IMG/VR virus record: IMGVR_UViG_3300030104_003092 | From: an uncultured virus (IMG/VR IMGVR_UViG_3300030104_003092) | Taxonomy: Duplodnaviria; Heunggongvirae; Uroviricota; Caudoviricetes | Length of the DNA stretch: 64,000 nt | Direction: 5' to 3' (one strand) | In this document: one piece after another, positions 1 to 8,288 of the stretch | Position numbering within the stretch: position 1 is the stretch's first letter | Layout: the number at the start of each line of letters is the position of its first letter | The notes under the pieces: generated by a model | Database searches by the model: none | What the model saw: the letters and a program-made list of their open reading frames with translations, nothing else | What the model was told of the DNA's origin: nothing | Made by a program: the position numbers and the translations under genes

Positions 1-118
1 TCATAGACTTAACTTCATTGTACAGGTTAGCCAATGGCTCTAACTGATTTTCGAAGGCTTTAGCCTTGCTTACTAATTGGTGAATGTCTGAGATAATCTC
101 TCTTGAAAAATTGTTCAT
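1..118 (-). CDS. Partial 5' end of a second copy of the 63179-63763 hypothetical gene
   Basis: Translates MNNFSREIISDIHQLVSKAKAFENQLEPLANLYNEVKSM, versus DIHRLV in the other copy. Confidence 0.85.
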   Translation of the reverse strand, partial: MNNFSREIISDIHQLVSKAKAFENQLEPLANLYNEVKSM

Positions 119-134
119 GATTACTTGGTTTTTG
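1..134. repeat. Imperfect direct repeat, copy 1 (copy 2 at 63646-63779)
   Basis: 132/134 identical; mismatches at 78/63723 and 119/63764; sequences diverge completely after 134/63779. Confidence 0.95.
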
Positions 135-291
135 ATTGGTTAATTAATTGTTTTTCTAAGGACTTAATAATCCTTTCTCGTTTAAGGTACGATGACTTAT
201 CGCCATTGTAACCATCTTGTAAATAAGCCACCTCAATGTCGCAACATATTTGAATGATTTGGCTTTTGGTTAATTTTAATTTTACAATCAT
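121..291 (-). CDS. Small hypothetical early protein, 56 aa (not in ORF track)
   Basis: MIVKLKLTKSQIIQICCDIEVAYLQDGYNGDKSSYLKRERIIKSLEKQLINQSKTK*; preceded by the conserved leader and a TATCTTTA promoter-like motif. Confidence 0.75.
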   Translation of the reverse strand: MIVKLKLTKSQIIQICCDIEVAYLQDGYNGDKSSYLKRERIIKSLEKQLINQSKTK

Positions 292-294
292 ACT

Positions 295-313
295 TGATTT
301 GATTTTTGGTTTA
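295..313 (-). promoter_or_regulatory. Conserved early-gene leader TAAACCAAAAATCAAATCA, copy 1
   Basis: Exact 19-bp copies at 295-313, 1465-1483 and 2839-2857, each 2-4 nt before an ATG. Confidence 0.85.
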
Positions 314-373
314 TAATGGTGTAAAGATAATCAAATAATCGTTACATCCAATTGCCAGACGAATTTGCCCTCT

Positions 374-413
374 GCTGATCAGATACATATTAGTGCTGAC
401 GAATGCATACGTG
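374..413. repeat. 40-bp intergenic element, copy 1 (copy 2 at 62855-62894)
   Basis: 31/40 ungapped identity: GCTGATCAGAT..TTA.TGCTGA..AA...A.ACGTG. Confidence 0.75.
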
Positions 414-416
414 TGC

Positions 417-450
417 AAAAAAAAAGAGGAGCATCTCTGCTCCCCTCTGT
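417..450 (-). terminator. Rho-independent terminator after the DUF932 gene
   Basis: Minus-strand AGAGGGGAGC..GCTCTCCTCT hairpin followed by a T-run. Confidence 0.8.
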
Positions 451-470
451 AAAGAATCTACATCGTAGTA

Positions 471-1460
471 TTAAACTAGTACCGATGTTTTGGTTGGCTC
501 CGACAACCATCTAAGGATTGTATCGTAAGCTATGAGATTCTTCTTGTATCCTGCTCCGACCATTAAGTGATTAAGGTCTTTCTCTTTCTTCTCCATGTGG
601 TTAGTGTATCGTGTAACTGCGTTAAACAATGTCCACAATGTATCTTCCTTCTTCTGCTCCTTCTCGATGGTGTAAGCCTTACCAAACATCTGAACATTAT
701 TCTTTGTTCGTGTAGATACTTCAGTCTTACCTTTAGGATTGAATAGGTTATTGATTACCTTCTCAACGATAGTCTTTTCAATTGGTGCTGTTGCCATCAT
801 CTTGAACGTATCAATAATCATAGCCTCGCCATTCATAGCAGATTCAAAACCTTTAATAGCTTGTGCTAATCTATCACTTGCAGATGCAGTATGCCTAAAC
901 TTACTGATGTCTTTTAGGGCAGTATGAAAAGTATTAGAGCATATCACTACTTCGTTTGTACTACCAAAGCCAATACTTGATGAGCCATCATGTGAATTAA
1001 GGCAAGAGATGTACCTCTTAACGCCATTGTTCTGATAGTTTCCGATGTTAGCTTGTGGTAGTGATAGCTGAAAGAATACCTTCTTACCATCCTGTAGGTT
1101 ACCACCTCTTAAATCACCTCCGAATTGTGATTGTAGGTCTACTAAAGTTTCAGCTAAAACTTCATTCTGCATCACTTCATATCTAGCACCTACAACACCA
1201 AGATTCTCGTTGTTGTCACTACGGAATAACCCTCTACTTGTTGTTGTAAGGATTGTACCATCTTCATGTGTTGATGTTAATGGAAGGTCTACTACGTTCC
1301 ATGCATTACCTGTATCAGATAATAGATTGGCAATGTTCATGCCTCTCTCTAATTGTTTTTCAGTCATAACTGATTTGTTTAAAGGTTTAATTGAATTGGT
1401 TTTTGTGCCTTCTGAAAAGTTAGGCATCTCGTTTAAAAAATTCTCTACGATGTTACTCAT
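471..1460 (-). CDS. DUF932/DUF945-family phage/plasmid protein
   Basis: Motifs LGVVGARYEVMQN, G.L.DGKKVF, NSHDGSSS, VICSNT, RHT, TLWTLFNAVTRYTNH. Confidence 0.85.
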   Translation of the reverse strand: MSNIVENFLNEMPNFSEGTKTNSIKPLNKSVMTEKQLERGMNIANLLSDTGNAWNVVDLPLTSTHEDGTILTTTSRGLFRSDNNENLGVVGARYEVMQNEVLAETLVDLQSQFGGDLRGGNLQDGKKVFFQLSLPQANIGNYQNNGVKRYISCLNSHDGSSSIGFGSTNEVVICSNTFHTALKDISKFRHTASASDRLAQAIKGFESAMNGEAMIIDTFKMMATAPIEKTIVEKVINNLFNPKGKTEVSTRTKNNVQMFGKAYTIEKEQKKEDTLWTLFNAVTRYTNHMEKKEKDLNHLMVGAGYKKNLIAYDTILRWLSEPTKTSVLV

Positions 1461-1464
1461 AATG

Positions 1465-1483
1465 TGATTTGATTTTTGGTTTA
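1465..1483 (-). promoter_or_regulatory. Conserved early-gene leader, copy 2
   Basis: Exact 19-bp copy (23 bp shared with copy 1); TATCTTTA promoter-like motif just upstream at ~1501-1508. Confidence 0.85.
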
Positions 1484-1548
1484 TAATAATTTTACTCAGC
1501 TAAGATATAAATTAATATTGGATTACCAAAACTTTTATTTCAGCTAAT

Positions 1549-1588
1549 AAAAAAACTCCCCAATGCTAGTCAAAGCATCAAGGAGTCT
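1549..1588 (-). terminator. Probable rho-independent terminator
   Basis: Minus-strand ACTCCTTGATGCT..AGCATTGGGAGT hairpin plus T-run downstream of the 1617-1982 gene. Confidence 0.65.
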
Positions 1589-1616
1589 TCCCTCACTAAC
1601 CAAATGTATATGTGTG

Positions 1617-1982
1617 CTAAAAACTTGTCAAGCAATTGGGACAACAGGAGAACACATCTGTGTACTGCACCACTTCATCACACTTATTACATAAATCTGT
1701 ATATATGTGCGTAGTATCATTACCACTATCATCATCCTTAATCATCTCTTTCATCACTTCCATTGTCACTCCCTCTGTTTCCCTCCACATCTGAAAGTAA
1801 TTCTGATTCCTATCGCATAACTCATGTATGTCGTTAAGGTCTGTAATTAAACTATAACCTTCTATTTCGGGTAACTCAAGTGTACCTTTATCCACATGTG
1901 AGAGAACTCTATTGATACTCCTCTCTATTAGCTTTAACCTAACTAATAACTCGTGTTCTTTAACTGAAAAATCTACCTTCAT
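1617..1982 (-). CDS. Hypothetical protein with C-terminal zinc-ribbon-like CxxC...CPxC
   Basis: CNKC...CCPNC; part of a co-oriented gene run. Confidence 0.7.
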   Translation of the reverse strand: MKVDFSVKEHELLVRLKLIERSINRVLSHVDKGTLELPEIEGYSLITDLNDIHELCDRNQNYFQMWRETEGVTMEVMKEMIKDDDSGNDTTHIYTDLCNKCDEVVQYTDVFSCCPNCLTSF

Positions 1983-1994
1983 ATCTGATTATTT

Positions 1995-2510
1995 TTAAAT
2001 TCTACTACAATAAACACTCTCTAATCTTCTGTACTGAAAGTCATATTGGTCTAGAGAATGGTAGAATATACCATCATCTGTAGCAATAGCTTTATCTTCT
2101 CTTGTATCTTGCAAAGATTCATCTTTAATAACGTTCTTTTCATCATTAAGATAATCCTGTAACTCTGCCTCTCTATCAGCTATAGCTTTAGCAAATTCTA
2201 TCTGATTGAGTATACGTACTTCGTTTACGTTACATAGTATCTCTACTGCGTAAGCATCTTGTGGTAAGGTATAGTAACGATAGCTTCCACTATCATCAAC
2301 ACCATCCTCTGATATGTCATAAAACTCATACCCATTCTTAACCTTCTCTACTACCATAACATCTTCCTCCTCATTCTTGTAAGCCTCAGTCTTACAATAA
2401 GCATCAGCCTCTTGTTTAGTATCAAAGATTCTAATCTCTACACCATTATCTGAAGCATAATCTACTCCATTCCATGTATCTACTGCGATGTACTTTTTAC
2501 TCTGTTTCAT
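1995..2510 (-). CDS. Hypothetical acidic early protein
   Basis: 171-aa ORF tightly packed with its neighbours. Confidence 0.75.
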   Translation of the reverse strand: MKQSKKYIAVDTWNGVDYASDNGVEIRIFDTKQEADAYCKTEAYKNEEEDVMVVEKVKNGYEFYDISEDGVDDSGSYRYYTLPQDAYAVEILCNVNEVRILNQIEFAKAIADREAELQDYLNDEKNVIKDESLQDTREDKAIATDDGIFYHSLDQYDFQYRRLESVYCSRI

Positions 2511-2691
2511 TTTGTTCTTGGTTTAATTCGATTAGTAAATTAGTATTCTCCTCTTTTATCAACTCTTTAGCTTGTAAAAGATTATCCACATTACTGAATG
2601 TAACATGCTTTACATCTCCAATAAATGTGTGGAGAGTCTTGTTGTCGTCTATGTAATAACTATCTATCATCTTATTGTTCTTTAATTCCAT
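2497..2691 (-). CDS. Hypothetical protein
   Basis: Overlaps neighbours in operon fashion; start may be the second Met (2670). Confidence 0.65.
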   Translation of the reverse strand: MELKNNKMIDSYYIDDNKTLHTFIGDVKHVTFSNVDNLLQAKELIKEENTNLLIELNQEQNETE

Positions 2692-2836
2692 AGATTTCTA
2701 CTACATCCCATCCTCTTGCCTCAAGGATTTCTTTTATGTCTTCCTCATTATCTGAAGGTAAGTCATAGGCATTAATTGCATATGCTCCACCTTTGGCTCT
2801 GAACATACACATAAAATAAATAGTCTTGTAATTCAT
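2672..2836 (-). CDS. Small hypothetical protein, 54 aa (not in ORF track)
   Basis: MNYKTIYFMCVFRAKGGAYAINAYDLPSDNEEDIKEILEARGWDVVEIYGIKEQ*; directly follows leader copy 3. Confidence 0.7.
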   Translation of the reverse strand: MNYKTIYFMCMFRAKGGAYAINAYDLPSDNEEDIKEILEARGWDVVEIYGIKEQ

Positions 2837-2838
2837 TT

Positions 2839-2873
2839 TGATTTGATTTTTGGTTTAACATTTTACAAATGTA
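2839..2873 (-). promoter_or_regulatory. Leader copy 3 plus Bacteroidota -7 promoter element TACATTTG
   Basis: Leader at 2839-2857; CAAATGTA at 2866-2873 reads TAnnTTTG on the minus strand. Confidence 0.8.
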
Positions 2874-3204
2874 TAAAAAAAAACTAACTATGCAAATCTT
2901 ACAATAAAACATAGTTATCCTCTTATTCAATTAGTATTGTAAGTGAGCCATTCTCTCAGACGTGTTTGGATAACGATGATACGCAGAATGTATACGTGTA
3001 CGTTAACCAAACGTGGATTATTTTTTTAAATTTATTTTAAAAGAATATATATGTGTGATACGAATGGTATTACATTAGTTGGCGAAGTTACAAGAAATAT
3101 TTTATAAAGTCAAGTGATAAATGTATATGTGATAAAAAAAGTATAAAAGTTTTGATATTTAAAAATAAATAAATAATATTGCAGAGTAAACTAAAAATCA
3201 TATT

Positions 3205-3588
3205 ATGAAAAACAACAAACTTATAGCAGAATTTATGGGGCTACCAAAAGAGAAGGTAGGTTTAAAACAAGAAGTTATTTATGGTTTAAATCAAGATGAT
3301 TGGTATACTCCCGATAACTTAAATTACCACCTATCTTGGGATTGGCTTATGCCTGTAGTGATTAAGATTGGGGGTACCCAAAATATTCTAGGTGCAATGC
3401 GTAAACTTAGACCTTATGGAGTAATTCATACTCTTGATGATGTATATAAAGCAGTAGTAGAATTTATTAAAGAGGATAACAAAGAATACAAGACTTGCGA
3501 TAAATGTTCTTACGATAAACTTGATGACAATGGGGATGTATTAGAACACTATTGCGAAGATGATGAATTACATACATCAAACAATTAG
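3205..3588 (+). CDS. Hypothetical phage protein
   Basis: NKLIAEFMG...YHLSWDWLMPVV motif, recalled from Bacteroidota phage proteins. Confidence 0.8.
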   Translation: MKNNKLIAEFMGLPKEKVGLKQEVIYGLNQDDWYTPDNLNYHLSWDWLMPVVIKIGGTQNILGAMRKLRPYGVIHTLDDVYKAVVEFIKEDNKEYKTCDKCSYDKLDDNGDVLEHYCEDDELHTSNN

Positions 3589-3593
3589 AAATT

Positions 3594-3986
3594 ATGGGAT
3601 ATAGAAGTGAAGTGTACATAGCAGTGCCAAAAAAAGCAGAGAAAGAATTAGATGCAGTAATGAATGAGCATGACTTGTTTGAAAAAGATATGCATGGCGA
3701 TTCACCATTTAATAAATACGACCACGAACAGAAATACATAGAGTGGGATACCAACGAGATAGGTGTAGAAAATCCTAAAAAATCAATTAAATTTGTTATA
3801 TACGAGGGCAATTGGCTTAAGTGGTATGAGGAATATGATGATGTTAAATCAATAACAAGATTAGTAGAGGAATACGAGCCAAGTGGTGCGTGTATGGTAT
3901 GTGTGGGAGAAGATGGTGCAGTACACTCTGACATGGGAGAGTATAGCGATGTGTTTAATGTATATGTAAAAGTAGAATTAGCTTAA
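3594..3986 (+). CDS. Hypothetical phage protein
   Basis: MGYRSEV...LKWY...VGED pattern; operon context. Confidence 0.8.
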   Translation: MGYRSEVYIAVPKKAEKELDAVMNEHDLFEKDMHGDSPFNKYDHEQKYIEWDTNEIGVENPKKSIKFVIYEGNWLKWYEEYDDVKSITRLVEEYEPSGACMVCVGEDGAVHSDMGEYSDVFNVYVKVELA

Positions 3987-4002
3987 CTTAAATTAAATAA
4001 AA

Positions 4003-4458
4003 ATGGAAAACAACACAATTGAATGGGGTTGGGAAGATTGCCAGCCATCCAACATGAGAAGCAAGGAACACCAAAAATTCCTTATCGAACAATACAATCG
4101 CAACAGACCGATTGATAAGCAAGTTAAAAACATGGCTGAATTAAATAGAGCCTTATTAGATAACGAGATAAAGTACTTTGGTATGCGTAGCGTTAAAATA
4201 ACTGAACGCAGAGTATACCACAAAGCAGTTAAGATAACTATCGAACTACCTAAAGACTTACCATTAGAGGATACTGAAGAATGGTTAGATAACAATAAGA
4301 CTAAGTGGGAACAATCCTTAGATAATAAGTTTAATGATGCTACAATTGAGTATGGTCTTGGTTTTAATAATCCTTTATGTGATGGTATGAACGAATCTAT
4401 GGCAGACAGAGAGACAAGGTATGATGTTAATGGTGAAAAATATGGAGGGCATATATAA
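4003..4458 (+). CDS. Hypothetical protein
   Basis: A-rich leader; stop overlaps the next start. Confidence 0.75.
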   Translation: MENNTIEWGWEDCQPSNMRSKEHQKFLIEQYNRNRPIDKQVKNMAELNRALLDNEIKYFGMRSVKITERRVYHKAVKITIELPKDLPLEDTEEWLDNNKTKWEQSLDNKFNDATIEYGLGFNNPLCDGMNESMADRETRYDVNGEKYGGHI

Positions 4459-4703
4459 TGGCTAAGATATATATAGATAACGCAAGGTACATGGAGTTTA
4501 TAGATGATATAGCAACACAGATTACTATTCAAAGATTTGGAGAGGATACTTATGCACCATCATCAGAAGTTGGTCAAGAACATGTAATGATGTTTCAAGA
4601 GGATGCTCAAGATTTCTATAACGAGAGGTATGATGAAGTAGAAACGATGTTAAACAAAACGCTAAACATACATAGCAATGAGCATACTGACAGAGATAAT
4701 TGA
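4458..4703 (+). CDS. Hypothetical protein
   Basis: TAATG stop/start coupling. Confidence 0.75.
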   Translation: MAKIYIDNARYMEFIDDIATQITIQRFGEDTYAPSSEVGQEHVMMFQEDAQDFYNERYDEVETMLNKTLNIHSNEHTDRDN

Positions 4704-4929
4704 AGACCATTACGATGAGGAGTTTCTCAAGGCTGATGGTTTTGATGACGCAGTTATAGGTGTGTGCTACAATTCAAATAGGCTTATATATTCCTATAAG
4801 AAATGTCTGGACATACTTATAACTGAAGGTATGGATGAGATTGACGCTATAGAACACCTTAGTTTTAATACTATGGGTGCGTATGTTGGAGAGAAAACAC
4901 CTATATGGTGTATGGATAATTACGAATAA
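4678..4929 (+). CDS. Conserved aquatic-phage hypothetical protein
   Basis: ADGFDDAVIG...FNTMGAYVGEKTP pattern. Confidence 0.8.
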   Translation: MSILTEIIEDHYDEEFLKADGFDDAVIGVCYNSNRLIYSYKKCLDILITEGMDEIDAIEHLSFNTMGAYVGEKTPIWCMDNYE

Positions 4930-4942
4930 AGATGATAGTGAA

Positions 4943-5221
4943 ATGAGAGAAACAAGAGAAGAATTTATAAGTAGAATGTTATGGATGGTGCAAAAAATAG
5001 ACGAATCTGATTTTAAGTCTTTAGATATATTAAATATGCTTAATTATCAACTTAAACAAAGAGAGATTGAGTGTATAAAAAGAAATAGAGATTTAATAGT
5101 AAACTTTATTTCTACATCATTAAAGGGTAGGAGTAATACTATTATTAGTAGACAGATTACATCAATGATTTCAGCAAAAGTTGAAACAGAATTTAATAAC
5201 TTAATTAGAAAAGAAAAATGA
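4943..5221 (+). CDS. Hypothetical protein
   Basis: Start moved to ATG 4943 to avoid overlap; ATGA coupling to the next gene. Confidence 0.65.
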   Translation: MRETREEFISRMLWMVQKIDESDFKSLDILNMLNYQLKQREIECIKRNRDLIVNFISTSLKGRSNTIISRQITSMISAKVETEFNNLIRKEK

Positions 5222-5403
5222 AAATAGACATGCAACAAGTAACACATCAGATGAGATTTTATATATCTGAGATTAAATCTTTACAAGATAAGAATAAAGA
5301 ACTTTCAGATACTCTTAAATTAGACAGAGAAAGATACAGAGGTATTATAACTGAATTAGAAGTGGAGTTAGATAAATTTGTTGACAAGAGTAAAAAGAAA
5401 TGA
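5218..5403 (+). CDS. Small coiled-coil hypothetical protein
   Basis: ATGA overlaps on both sides. Confidence 0.7.
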   Translation: MKIDMQQVTHQMRFYISEIKSLQDKNKELSDTLKLDRERYRGIITELEVELDKFVDKSKKK

Positions 5404-5765
5404 ATTACGAGACGGAGGCTATAATTAATTTACTAAAAGAATGTGGGGTAAGTTATAGGTTAAATCCAAAGATTAAATGCAATATGCATCCAAATATGAG
5501 GATATTAATTAGTCAGCTTAAAAAACACACGATTAAGTATATGTATTTTAATGACTCAGATACTTTATCTATAGTTACAACCTTAAATGAAAATACTTTT
5601 AGTGCTTTAGCTAATACTTATGTTATACCATCATCTGAGGGTTTAGAGGTTTATATAAACTTAAAACATAATGATGTTGCTCAAGATATAGTTACACTCG
5701 TGGAAACAACATTGCAATTTATATTGTCAAGAAAACTAAAATTTACTATTGTTGGAGTAATTTAA
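5400..5765 (+). CDS. Hypothetical protein
   Basis: ATGA overlap; last gene before a promoter. Confidence 0.7.
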   Translation: MNYETEAIINLLKECGVSYRLNPKIKCNMHPNMRILISQLKKHTIKYMYFNDSDTLSIVTTLNENTFSALANTYVIPSSEGLEVYINLKHNDVAQDIVTLVETTLQFILSRKLKFTIVGVI

Positions 5766-5794
5766 ATTAAAGTTGTATTCTAAAAATATTTTAA

Positions 5795-5802
5795 TATATT
5801 TG
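5795..5802 (+). promoter_or_regulatory. Bacteroidota sigma-A -7 element TATATTTG for the recombination/replication operon
   Basis: Matches TAnnTTTG ~32 nt before the ERF start. Confidence 0.7.
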
Positions 5803-5834
5803 TAAAATAAATCAAATTAAATTTAATCAAAGTT

Positions 5835-6407
5835 ATGGAAAAATCAGAAACCATTGGGAAGTTATCCCAAGCATTATCAGTAGTTCAGAAACAATTGAAG
5901 CCTGCTGTCGAAAACTCAAAGAATCCATTTTTCAAGTCAAAGTATGCTGACTTAGGATCTGTATGGGATTCAGTCAGAAAACTATTAGCTGAAAACGAAT
6001 TAGCTATCATTCAAATGCCTACAGATGTGGGTGGATTAACAACAATCTTGTCGCATTCAAGTGGTGAATTTATATCATCTACAATGTATATTCCAGCAAA
6101 GGAAGATGCTCATGGTGTTGGCTCTGCTATATCATATGCAAGGAGATATGCACTCGCATCATTTGTTGGTGTTGTAACCGAAGATGATGATGGTAATAGT
6201 GCAGTTAAAGGTGGCTCACCTAAAACAACAATTTCTAAGCCTAAATCAAAGCCAAAGTTAACTGACAAGCAGTATAAAGATATGATGAAGGCTATTGAAG
6301 ATGGCAAGGCAGATTTTGTTCAGCAGAGAATGAGTAATTACACGATTACTAAAATTCAAAAACAACATCTTGAATCTTGCATCAATCTAACTAAGGAGTT
6401 AATGTAA
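5835..6407 (+). CDS. erf: ERF-family ssDNA annealing protein
   Basis: NPFFKSKYADL, HSSGEF, GSAISYARRYAL, EDDDGN motifs. Confidence 0.92.
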   Translation: MEKSETIGKLSQALSVVQKQLKPAVENSKNPFFKSKYADLGSVWDSVRKLLAENELAIIQMPTDVGGLTTILSHSSGEFISSTMYIPAKEDAHGVGSAISYARRYALASFVGVVTEDDDGNSAVKGGSPKTTISKPKSKPKLTDKQYKDMMKAIEDGKADFVQQRMSNYTITKIQKQHLESCINLTKELM

Positions 6408-7171
6408 TGGCTTTAGATAAATTTATAAGAAAGCTAACCGATGACACTTTTTACTATTCGGATTATGATTTCATAACCAACTCGCAACTTGGTCTTATAA
6501 ATAAAGATATAAGATACTATAGGTTTATGAGAGATAACCCACAGTTTAGAGAGGAAACTTTACCTATGATATTTGGTAGAGCATATCATGTGGCTATGTT
6601 AGAGCCAAATGAATTTGAAGATAAGGTTGTTGTGTGTGATGCTTCAAGTAGGGTTACTAAAAAGTACAAAGAATTAAAGGCTGAACAAAGTAACTCCACT
6701 ATCATACTTCGAAAAGAATACGACAAGATAATTAGAATGAGAGAGGTGTTATTCTCTCACAAAGAAGTTCTTGACCTTCTTCAAACTCAAGGTAAAAGAG
6801 AAATAGCTAACGCATGGCAAGATGATGATACTGGAGTCTTCTGTAAAGGCAAAGCTGATTACGTCAACGGAGATATTATCGTAGACCTTAAGACAACCTC
6901 AGATGCTTCATTTGATGGCTTTAGAAGTTCTTGTATGAAGTATGGATACGATAGGCAATCTGCTTTTTACTCTGATGGTTTTGGTGCAAAAGAATTTGTT
7001 TTTGTAGTACAAGGTAAAGAAGCACCTTACAATGTAAATATATTTCATTGTAGTGAGTCTTTTAAAGAGCAAGGCAGAATGAAGTATAAAGATTTACTAA
7101 TGCTTTATTCTAAGTATTTTGTTAATGAAGAAGAATATGTGGATGATTACATTGAAATACATGAGTTATGA
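6407..7171 (+). CDS. PD-(D/E)XK exonuclease, RecE/exonuclease VIII-like (DUF3799)
   Basis: FGRAYH...LEP, CKGKAD...IVDLKTT, YGYDRQSAFY; adjacent to ERF. Confidence 0.88.
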   Translation: MALDKFIRKLTDDTFYYSDYDFITNSQLGLINKDIRYYRFMRDNPQFREETLPMIFGRAYHVAMLEPNEFEDKVVVCDASSRVTKKYKELKAEQSNSTIILRKEYDKIIRMREVLFSHKEVLDLLQTQGKREIANAWQDDDTGVFCKGKADYVNGDIIVDLKTTSDASFDGFRSSCMKYGYDRQSAFYSDGFGAKEFVFVVQGKEAPYNVNIFHCSESFKEQGRMKYKDLLMLYSKYFVNEEEYVDDYIEIHEL

Positions 7172-7371
7172 CATTAAAAGATAAATTTGAAGAAAGCTAT
7201 TATAGTCTTGGCTTTCTCTGTAAATATTTAGGGGTAAGTCGTCCTACCCTAAACAAATGTTTGGATGATCCTGAGGAGTTTAAAATTAAAGACTTTCGTA
7301 GGATATGTAAGCTAATAAAAGTTAATCAAAGGAAGGCACTAAGTAATTATTTTAAAAAATCAGAAAAATGA
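7168..7371 (+). CDS. Small helix-turn-helix DNA-binding protein
   Basis: LCKYLGVSRPTLNK HTH pattern. Confidence 0.75.
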   Translation: MTLKDKFEESYYSLGFLCKYLGVSRPTLNKCLDDPEEFKIKDFRRICKLIKVNQRKALSNYFKKSEK

Positions 7372-7637
7372 AAAAAGCTGAGAAAATTTATGTTGGTAAC
7401 GGAGTAGAGAAATTTGATGGAGACATGGTGTCTATATCAGTTAATCTAACTAAGTTAGGAAAAGATGCTTCAAACTTTATGTTTGAGTACAATGGTGACA
7501 AGTTCATCAAGTTAAATGTTTGTAAGAATCGTGATGGTGAAAACGATTATGGTAAAACACACTACATCGCAGTTGATACTTACAAACCAGAACCTAAAAA
7601 GGTGGGGGCTGTCGAAGACGATGGTCTACCATTCTAG
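7368..7637 (+). CDS. Probable ssDNA-binding protein
   Basis: Small beta-rich protein with acidic DDGLPF tail, inside the recombination module. Confidence 0.65.
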   Translation: MKKAEKIYVGNGVEKFDGDMVSISVNLTKLGKDASNFMFEYNGDKFIKLNVCKNRDGENDYGKTHYIAVDTYKPEPKKVGAVEDDGLPF

Positions 7638-7796
7638 TATCGGTTTATAGGTTTAAACCTATATATAAGGTTCTTAAACCGATAAACTTATAAATGAATA
7701 GGCGTGAGTGAGAGCAGTTAAACTCTTATAATCATAGCTACTGCAGGTAAGATTTCCGAACAAAACCTATGAGCCTATTATTTAAAACCAAAAATC

Positions 7797-8288
7797 ATGA
7801 TGTACAGAGTATCAGATAACGATGTTATAGATTTAAGTAAAGTAGAATACATTACAATAGACCGAAGGCAAATAACCTTTGGTGAGGTAACGTGGTGTAT
7901 TTACAATAACGATATAGAAGCTCAGATGGTGTTTAATAATATACTATTAGAGTTGGGTTATAAAGATGTAAGATTTGAAAAAGATAAGAGGAAACAATCT
8001 CAAACTACCTTAGAGAAAAAAGAAAAAGCTTTTGAAATATTTTGGAATCTTTACGATAAAAGGCATGACTATAATAAAACTAAAATAACTTTCATGAACT
8101 TTTCAATAGAGACTATGAGAGAAATTGTTAAAGCAGTTAAGCCATATGTAGAGTCAACGCCAGACAAGACTTATAGAAAGACTCCAAGAAGCTGGTTGTT
8201 AAACAACTCTTGGAAGAATGAAATAATTTTAGATCGTAAAAAAACTAACAGGTATATCAAACCTAAATATATAAAGAATGAAAGATAG
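7797..8288 (+). CDS. Putative replication initiator or helicase-loader partner
   Basis: FEIFWNLYDK...YRKTPRSWLLNNSWKNE resembles phage replisome-organiser C-termini; directly upstream of dnaB. Confidence 0.6.
   Translation: MMYRVSDNDVIDLSKVEYITIDRRQITFGEVTWCIYNNDIEAQMVFNNILLELGYKDVRFEKDKRKQSQTTLEKKEKAFEIFWNLYDKRHDYNKTKITFMNFSIETMREIVKAVKPYVESTPDKTYRKTPRSWLLNNSWKNEIILDRKKTNRYIKPKYIKNER

Noticed and set aside
1..134. Clean direct terminal repeat proving completeness
   Set aside because: Two mismatches and 221 bp of non-matching sequence beyond the second copy; suggestive only.
295..2857. 19-bp repeats as a CRISPR mini-array
   Set aside because: Copies are over 1 kb apart and each sits directly before a start codon.
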